Below, one piece after another: positions 7,111 to 12,364 of a stretch of 12,364 bases of DNA. Position 1 is the first letter of the stretch, and every line of letters starts with the position of its first letter. This DNA is from Nitrospinota bacterium (GTDB taxonomy: Bacteria > UBA8248). The stretch covers positions 1 through 12,364 of the forward strand of contig JAYGFR010000086.1 in the NCBI GenBank assembly GCA_046581755.1, in the 5' to 3' direction. Both the position numbers and the translations under genes were made by a program. The notes under the pieces are model-generated. The model was not told the origin of the DNA. It saw only the letters and a list, made by a program, of their open reading frames with translations, and made no database searches.

Positions 7111-8158
7111 TCCTGTCTCCCTTCGTTCGCGTCTTCGCGGTGGCGCTCACCCCGCCGTTTTTATTCCGCTTATCCCCTAGATTGCTGACCGGCCGGGTAA
7201 CCATGTTCGTCCCCATGTAGTCGGCGATGCCGGGCATGAGCATGCTGTATATTCCCCCGGTCCCGCCCGCCACGACTATCGTCAGCGCCTCGGGCGCCTG
7301 GAATTTGCGCCGGGGGTGTCCTCCTTTTTCGCCGGGCATGAGCGCCGCCTGATAAATGACGTTGCGCGTGGCGTTCTTGCTCCACCCGGCGCGGCCGAAG
7401 ATGCTGGCGTGAAGTGGGCCCAGCGCGAGGATTACCCCGCTCGTCCCGATCAGGTGCCTGTCCGCCGACCAGATGGTGCACATCGAGCGCCCCAGGATAT
7501 CCGCCATCTCCTCGGCGCCGGTCACTCCTTCGATTCGAATTTCGCGGGGCGCCTCGCAGGGAAAGAGAGTCACCGCCCCCATCTCCGCTTTCAACCCCCG
7601 ATCGGCGTGAAGCGGCTCCCAGGGGCTTTCTTCTTCGTTCTCGCCGATGCAGTAGGTGTACCGGGCGGGAGAGCCGAACATGGTCCGGGAAATTCCCCCC
7701 GGCCGGGAGCCGCCGATGTTGGCCAGCACCAGCATCAGGGCGCGGCCGACGACCGCATTGCCCCGGGTTCCGTTTCCGAATACGCCGCTCCCGCAGTTGA
7801 TTCCGCCCGCCTCCCGCGCGAGTCCGTTTACGATGACGAGGGGGGACGCGGAATCGGTCATTCCCCCCACCGCGTGGAGGTTGAACTTTTCATCCACCAT
7901 GGCCCGCACGCACGCCGCGACCAGCGGCATGTGCTCGGGCGCGCAGCCCGCCATGACGGCGTTGATGGCGACCTTCTCCGCCGTGGCGTCGCCGTAGTTG
8001 GGCGCTACCTCTCCCATAATCTCATCCGGCGCGAGCCCAGCCGCCCGGAGGAGAGCGTTCACCTTCTCCCGCGTCGGCGGGACGACGGGAAGGCCGTCGG
8101 TCCATCCTTTTTCGTAATAAGCCTCGACGAGATCGTTCTCGTCCCGCTCGAAGGGCAT
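7094..8158 (-). CDS. Conserved uncharacterised protein of the 'GWTDGLPVVPPT' family, a UGSC-selenoprotein partner (354 aa)
   Basis: Motifs GWTDGLPVVPPT, ATAEKVAINAVMAGC.P, PLVIVNG, NAVVGRAL.L.L.NIGG, G.P.RYT.CIGENEEESPWEPLH..RG and IVVAGG. From recall, this family commonly neighbours or fuses with UGSC proteins. ATG 8158 has RBS GGGAG. The stop overlaps the UGSC start by 17 nt. Confidence 0.82.
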   Translation of the reverse strand: MPFERDENDLVEAYYEKGWTDGLPVVPPTREKVNALLRAAGLAPDEIMGEVAPNYGDATAEKVAINAVMAGCAPEHMPLVAACVRAMVDEKFNLHAVGGMTDSASPLVIVNGLAREAGGINCGSGVFGNGTRGNAVVGRALMLVLANIGGSRPGGISRTMFGSPARYTYCIGENEEESPWEPLHADRGLKAEMGAVTLFPCEAPREIRIEGVTGAEEMADILGRSMCTIWSADRHLIGTSGVILALGPLHASIFGRAGWSKNATRNVIYQAALMPGEKGGHPRRKFQAPEALTIVVAGGTGGIYSMLMPGIADYMGTNMVTRPVSNLGDKRNKNGGVSATAKTRTKGDRNARAF

Positions 8159-8211
8159 AACTGCTCCCGATTTTAAAGAAATTGGAAAAAATCGCCCCTG
8201 TCCCTGACCCG

Positions 8212-8242
8212 AGTATGCCCGCCTACGGCCTCGGCATGTCAA
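8212..8242 (-). promoter_or_regulatory. Putative sigma70 promoter for the leftward operon
   Basis: Perfect -35 TTGACA (8242-8237) and -10-like CATACT (8217-8212). The spacer is 19 nt, longer than optimal. Lies about 55 nt upstream of ATG 8158. Confidence 0.4.
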
Positions 8243-8274
8243 CCGCCCGGATAGTACCGACGGGCCCGGGCGAA

Positions 8275-8303
8275 TCGATTCCGCGCCCCGATGGGGGTAG
8301 AAT
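8275..8303 (+). promoter_or_regulatory. Putative sigma70 promoter for the transporter gene
   Basis: -10 TAGAAT (8298-8303), 17-nt spacer and weak -35 TCGATT (8275-8280). Confidence 0.3.
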
Positions 8304-8389
8304 TCGCGGATCGAAGGTTCGACCGGACCCTTCCGCTCCTCACCGGAGTTCCAGCGCCGGATCCGTCCTGAACCCGTGGAGGGGCGAGG

Positions 8390-9793
8390 ATGAGCGCACT
8401 GCCAGAGTCCATTCGCCCCGGCCCCGCTGGCTGGGTGTATGCTGCCCTTTTCGCGGCCCTTTTCCTGTTCCTCTTCCTTCCCCCGCCGCCCGGCCTCTCG
8501 GTCCAGGGCTACCGGACGCTTCTCGTTTGCGCCACCGCCGTCGTCCTGTGGACGAGGGAGATCCTGCCGCCCGGGCTGACCGGCGGGCTCGTCATCCTGC
8601 TCCTGATCCTGACGGGCGCCTCGTCGTCGGTGAACGAGGCCCTTGTCGGATTCTCCCAGCCCGTGATTTATTTTCTCATCGGCGTCTTCACGATCGCCAT
8701 CGCCGTCGAGCGGGTCGGCCTCGCCGAAAGGATCGGGCGGTATTTCCTGCGCTACTCAGGAGGAAAGAGCCGCTCGCTCTTCTGGTTCATGGTGCTCTCG
8801 TTTCCTCCGATGGCGCTGATCATGCCCTCCTCGAACAGCCGCTCCATCATCCTGGCCGAGGTGTTCGACCGCACATTTTCCCTCGCGGGCGTCGAAAAAG
8901 GGGCGCCCCTCGCCCGCGCCATCATGATGGCCCTCCATTCGCTGAACCGCCTCGCCTCCTCCGCCCTGCTCACTGGCGGGATGACCTCCATCGTGGCGGC
9001 GAATCTAATCGGCGGATTGGGCTGGACCCGGTGGTTTCTCCTTCTGGGGGTCCCCTACTACCTGACGCTGTGCATCGGCTCCCTCGGCCTGCATCTGAAG
9101 TACCTTCGCGGCGGGGACCGGCGGCTCACCCTTCCTCCTCAGGAGAAAAAGCCGCTGAACGGCGGGGAGATCCGCACCAGCCTGATCATTCTCATGGCCT
9201 CGCTCCTTTGGCTGTCTGACGCGGTGCACGGCCTCCACCCCGCCGTCCCGGCCATGATGGCCTGGACGCTCCTTCTGCTGCCCGGCATCGGCGTTCTGAA
9301 ATGGGGAGATTTCGAATCCCGGTTCTCCTGGGCGACGTTTTTTCTCCTCGGCGCCTCGCTCTCCCTGGGCTGGACGCTGGCCCATACCGGGGCGGCGAAA
9401 TGGCTGGCGCTGAGCCTCCTCCATCTGGCCCCGGCCCTCGCCGGGCACCCCTATTTTCTCTTCGCCGCGATCCTGATCGTCAGCGTTCCGATCCGCATCC
9501 TCGTTCCCAACATCACCGGCTACCTCGCCATCACCATCCCGATCAGCATCGAAATCGGACAGGGAGGCGGCCTGAACCCGCTGGCCTGCGCCCTGGGCGT
9601 TCTGCTCATGGGCGATTCGATTCTCTTCTACCCGGCGCAGAGCCCGGGCAGCCTCGCCGTCTACGAGCGCGGCCACCTCACGGCGGGCGAGATCTTCCGC
9701 TTCGGCCTGTTCATGACCGGGGTGTCGTTCGTGACCACCCTGACGACCACCCTCCTCTGGTGGCGCATCGCGGGGTTGGACTGGCTCCAGTAG
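8390..9793 (+). CDS. DASS/SLC13-family anion transporter (Na+:dicarboxylate/sulfate symporter or CitT/TtdT-like antiporter)
   Basis: 467 aa, highly hydrophobic. Motifs GFSQPVIYFLIG.F.I..A....GLAERI, MPSSNSR hairpin, SSALLTGG, LW.....HG, LPGIGVL.W......W.TFFLLGA.LSLG..L..TGAAKWLA and YPAQS......Y..G. RBS GGAGG/GAGG. Confidence 0.9.
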   Translation: MSALPESIRPGPAGWVYAALFAALFLFLFLPPPPGLSVQGYRTLLVCATAVVLWTREILPPGLTGGLVILLLILTGASSSVNEALVGFSQPVIYFLIGVFTIAIAVERVGLAERIGRYFLRYSGGKSRSLFWFMVLSFPPMALIMPSSNSRSIILAEVFDRTFSLAGVEKGAPLARAIMMALHSLNRLASSALLTGGMTSIVAANLIGGLGWTRWFLLLGVPYYLTLCIGSLGLHLKYLRGGDRRLTLPPQEKKPLNGGEIRTSLIILMASLLWLSDAVHGLHPAVPAMMAWTLLLLPGIGVLKWGDFESRFSWATFFLLGASLSLGWTLAHTGAAKWLALSLLHLAPALAGHPYFLFAAILIVSVPIRILVPNITGYLAITIPISIEIGQGGGLNPLACALGVLLMGDSILFYPAQSPGSLAVYERGHLTAGEIFRFGLFMTGVSFVTTLTTTLLWWRIAGLDWLQ

Positions 9794-9828
9794 GCGAAAT
9801 CGGTCGGGGGACCGCCCCCGCGCCCGGC

Positions 9829-11019
9829 CTAGATGCGCATGAACTTCATGGGAAATTTCTGGAGCGAGCGGGCGCCGTTTTTCGTCACCTCGACGAGGTT
9901 GCCCACCTGAAGGCCGCGCTTGCTGTCCGGGGTGACGAGGTTGGGCTGGATCACCATGAGCATCCCCTCCCGGAAAACGATTTCGTTCTGGGGCCGTTCG
10001 ATGAGGGTGGCATCGACATCCACGCGCGGGTTTTCGATGAGCAGCCCCCAGCCGTGGAAGGTCGTGTCGAAGGTGGTGAAGCCTTCCTCGCCGATGATCG
10101 ACCCCGCCCGTCGCACATCGTCCTGATTCGCGCCGGGTTTGACCGCCCGGAGAATCCGCTCGTAGGCCTCAACCGCCACCTCGTAGAGCCGCCGGTAAAC
10201 GGGGGTGGGGCCTGCGCCCGCCGATATCGGGCGGTGGGCCTGGCCCGAATGCATGTGATAGCCGGCCGAGAGTTCGGTCAGCACGATGTCGCCCTTTCGG
10301 GTCCTCCGGTGGGTGGGAAACTGGTTCGGAAAGATCAGGTGAGGCCGCGCCATCGAGGTGGAACCGATGAAGATGAGCTGTTGCCCGCCGCCGCTGGGCA
10401 TGTAAGCGTTCGATACGATCGCCGCCAGCTCGTAGTCGGTCATGCCGGGCCGGGCCATTTTCTCAAGCGCCTCGAACGCCATGTCGGTCAGGGCGGCGCC
10501 TCGCCGGAACCACTTGAGTTCTTCCTTGCTCTTCACGGCGCGGACCTCGTGGAGGAGTTCCGTCGCCTCGGCGAACGAGGCCCCCGGGAGCGCCCGCCGC
10601 CAGTGGTCCATCACGCTGAAGGGGATCGAGGTCTTCAAAATTCCCCGGTAACCGACCACGCCGATCGCCCCCTTCTCGAGGCCCAGCTCGCGGATGCGCC
10701 GCTCCACCTTGGCCCCCGGATCGTAATCGACCGCCTCGGTGCGTCCGAAAACGCTCATCTGCTTCGCGTAGGGCAGGTAGAGCCTGTTCGAGATATACAG
10801 GGCAGGCGCCCCCTTCAGGGGGAAGACGGCGAAGCTGCTGACCGGGTCCTGGTAGTTCGTCACGTATTTGATACTGGCCTGATTTCCCCCGTGGCTTCCC
10901 GAATCGCCGTACATGACGAGAACGTCGAGCCCCCGCGCGCGCATCCGTTTACGAATCTCGCGGTAGCGGCGGCTGTATTCCTCTTTCGGGAAGCGGGGAT
11001 GATCCTTCGCGGCGGACAT
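9829..11019 (-). CDS. M24 (Xaa-Pro aminopeptidase/creatinase) family hydrolase, creatinase-like with metal ligands degenerate (396 aa)
   Basis: N-terminal FPKEEYSRRY..IR..M...GLD.L creatinase_N pattern; VRAVKS.EEL, RPGMTDYEL, KGDIVL.E, FHGWGL and FREGM..VIQPN. The ATG at 11019 has RBS AAGGAG and is preferred over 11046. Confidence 0.88.
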   Translation of the reverse strand: MSAAKDHPRFPKEEYSRRYREIRKRMRARGLDVLVMYGDSGSHGGNQASIKYVTNYQDPVSSFAVFPLKGAPALYISNRLYLPYAKQMSVFGRTEAVDYDPGAKVERRIRELGLEKGAIGVVGYRGILKTSIPFSVMDHWRRALPGASFAEATELLHEVRAVKSKEELKWFRRGAALTDMAFEALEKMARPGMTDYELAAIVSNAYMPSGGGQQLIFIGSTSMARPHLIFPNQFPTHRRTRKGDIVLTELSAGYHMHSGQAHRPISAGAGPTPVYRRLYEVAVEAYERILRAVKPGANQDDVRRAGSIIGEEGFTTFDTTFHGWGLLIENPRVDVDATLIERPQNEIVFREGMLMVIQPNLVTPDSKRGLQVGNLVEVTKNGARSLQKFPMKFMRI

Positions 11020-11030
11020 TCGGCGATTCT

Positions 11031-11062
11031 CCTTCTTGCATTCCAACCTTCTTGCATTCCAA
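11031..11062. repeat. Perfect 16-bp tandem direct repeat CCTTCTTGCATTCCAA x2
   Basis: Positions 11031-11046 and 11047-11062 are identical. The repeat lies between the terminator and the M24 gene RBS. Confidence 0.9.
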
Positions 11063-11097
11063 AAAAAAACGCGGGGGGCCGTCTCCGGCCCCCCGCG
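11061..11097 (-). terminator. Rho-independent terminator after the ABC substrate-binding protein gene
   Basis: Minus strand CGCGGGGGGCCG-GAGA-CGGCCCCCCGCG followed by T9: a perfect 12-bp GC stem with a GNRA tetraloop, 25 nt after the stop codon. Confidence 0.9.
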
Positions 11098-11122
11098 CGC
11101 GCATGCTGTGTTCGGATGCGTC

Positions 11123-12364
11123 CTAGTTCGACGCCTTCATGCTGATCTCCCACGGATAGAGCGTCTCGTCGTGCCGGGGAGTCCAGTTGATGCGGTTGCT
11201 GTAGCCGAGCACGTCGTGAATCTTCGCCACGACCTTGGCCGTCGCTTTTGCCTTCGTCATCCCGACTACCTTGTCATATTCTATCCACTGCTGTTTGGGA
11301 TCGGCGGTCGCATTCGCCTTCATCACCTGAGCGTCGATATCCTTGAAGCAGTGACCGCTCCAGGAGCCGCCGCACATTGTCGTGCCTGAGAACAGGAGGC
11401 CCGGCTCGCCGCCGCCATTGCCGAATCCCATGTAGTACATCGCGGCGCCCTTGCGTTTTCCTGCCTGGTAGGCGCGGTGATACTTCTTGAAGAGCGGGAA
11501 GCGCTGGGAGTTGCAGGTGGTGTCGATCTTTATCTTCTTGAGCATTCCGGCGATGGCCTCACACGTCGGCTTATCGCCCGGGTAGCGGCCGTTCGTCGCG
11601 ATGAGCTCGGCCTTGAAGCCGTTGGCGAAACCTGCTTCATTCATCAGGCTCTTCGCCTTCGCCACATCGTAGCCCCACCACTTGCGCTTCGGATTATAGC
11701 CCGAGAAGTTCCAGGGATGGAGTTGGCCGCCGATGGCATCGGCGCGCCCGCCCAGGATCGTCTTGCGGATGAGCGCATCGTCGATGGCAAAGTTGACCGC
11801 GAGGCGCACCTTCCGGTTCGCGAACGGGCCGCCGTGCTTGGTGAAAAAGCTCAGGAACATGATCCGGACGGCCGGAACCGCTTTCACGTTCGTTTTCGGG
11901 TTCTTCTCAAGGGCCGCTACATACTGCGGAAGAACGCCCCAGGCAACATCGACCTCGCCGGCTTCAAGCGCCTTCACGCGCGTCGCCGCTTCCTTGATTC
12001 GCCTGAGGACAACCGTATTTGGCATATCGGGAAACTGCTTCCTGCCCCACCACTTCTTATTCGCCACGAACACCATCTTGTTGCCCTTGGTCCAGGACTT
12101 GAGCACATAGGGGCCCGAGCCGTAGGTGTTCCGCGAAAGGTGGGCCTTCTTCTTGCCCTTGGCATTGAGGCTCATCAGGCCCGCCCAGCGGCTGACCCGG
12201 GACAGGACGCCGTTATCGTGCGTCTTGTTGTGCCAGATGAAGGTCTTATCGTCGATGATCTCAATCCGGTCGAAGGAGGCAAAATACTTCTTCTGACGCG
12301 CGGCCTTGAGCACGCGGCTGATCGACCAGACCATCGCCTGCGAGGTGACGGGCGAGCCGTCGGC
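11123..12364 (-). CDS. ABC transporter substrate-binding protein, family 5 (DppA/OppA/NikA-like), 5'-truncated by the window edge
   Basis: Motifs GSGPYVLKSW, N..WWG, EAATRV.AL.AGEVD, PFANRKVRLAVNFAID, YDVAKAK.L..EAG and EAIA.ML.KI.I. The frame is open to the right edge (ADGSPVTSQAMVWS matches the DG.P.T..DV..S consensus), so ATG 12334 is internal. Confidence 0.92.
   Translation of the reverse strand, partial: ADGSPVTSQAMVWSISRVLKAARQKKYFASFDRIEIIDDKTFIWHNKTHDNGVLSRVSRWAGLMSLNAKGKKKAHLSRNTYGSGPYVLKSWTKGNKMVFVANKKWWGRKQFPDMPNTVVLRRIKEAATRVKALEAGEVDVAWGVLPQYVAALEKNPKTNVKAVPAVRIMFLSFFTKHGGPFANRKVRLAVNFAIDDALIRKTILGGRADAIGGQLHPWNFSGYNPKRKWWGYDVAKAKSLMNEAGFANGFKAELIATNGRYPGDKPTCEAIAGMLKKIKIDTTCNSQRFPLFKKYHRAYQAGKRKGAAMYYMGFGNGGGEPGLLFSGTTMCGGSWSGHCFKDIDAQVMKANATADPKQQWIEYDKVVGMTKAKATAKVVAKIHDVLGYSNRINWTPRHDETLYPWEISMKASN

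Noticed and set aside
4987..7188. 733-aa plus-strand ORF
   Set aside because: Antisense shadow of the flavoprotein and UGSC genes. It has no recognisable motifs, and long stop-free antisense frames are expected at high GC3.
8304..8389. Possible riboswitch in the transporter leader
   Set aside because: Only weak pairing (GAAGG/CCTTC) and no aptamer consensus that I recognise. An Rfam/Infernal scan would settle it.
11031..11062. Tandem repeat as a sigma54 promoter or CRISPR remnant
   Set aside because: The GG and GC dinucleotides are not at the required GG-N10-GC spacing. There are only two abutting copies, no spacer and no cas genes.
9301..11145. 614-aa plus-strand ORF, and similar ORFs 736..2028, 2633..3877 and 8182..9219
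   Set aside because: Arg/Pro/Gly-rich off-frame or antisense overlaps of well-supported genes.

Overview
GC-rich bacterial catabolic region with 12 CDS, two of them truncated by the window edges. The core is an eight-gene minus-strand operon (8158 to 637): a conserved 'WTDGLPVVPPT' protein; a UGSC-family selenoprotein; an SdhA/FrdA/TfrA-like flavoprotein with altered FAD-attachment and substrate-binding residues; a single small SdhC/D-like anchor; an SdhB-like Fe-S subunit; the alpha and beta subunits of a divergent class I fumarase/tartrate-dehydratase-family hydratase; and an M20 N-carbamoyl/allantoate-type amidohydrolase. The ORF track splits the selenoprotein at an in-frame TGA (6829-6831) that is followed by a clear SECIS-like hairpin. 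A DASS/SLC13 transporter is transcribed divergently from the operon. Flanking genes are an HD-domain protein, an M24 hydrolase lacking most metal ligands (creatinase-like) and a family 5 ABC substrate-binding protein with a strong terminator. The most interesting reading, which is inference, is a selenoprotein-linked pathway in which SDH and fumarase paralogues have been retooled for a non-TCA succinate analogue.
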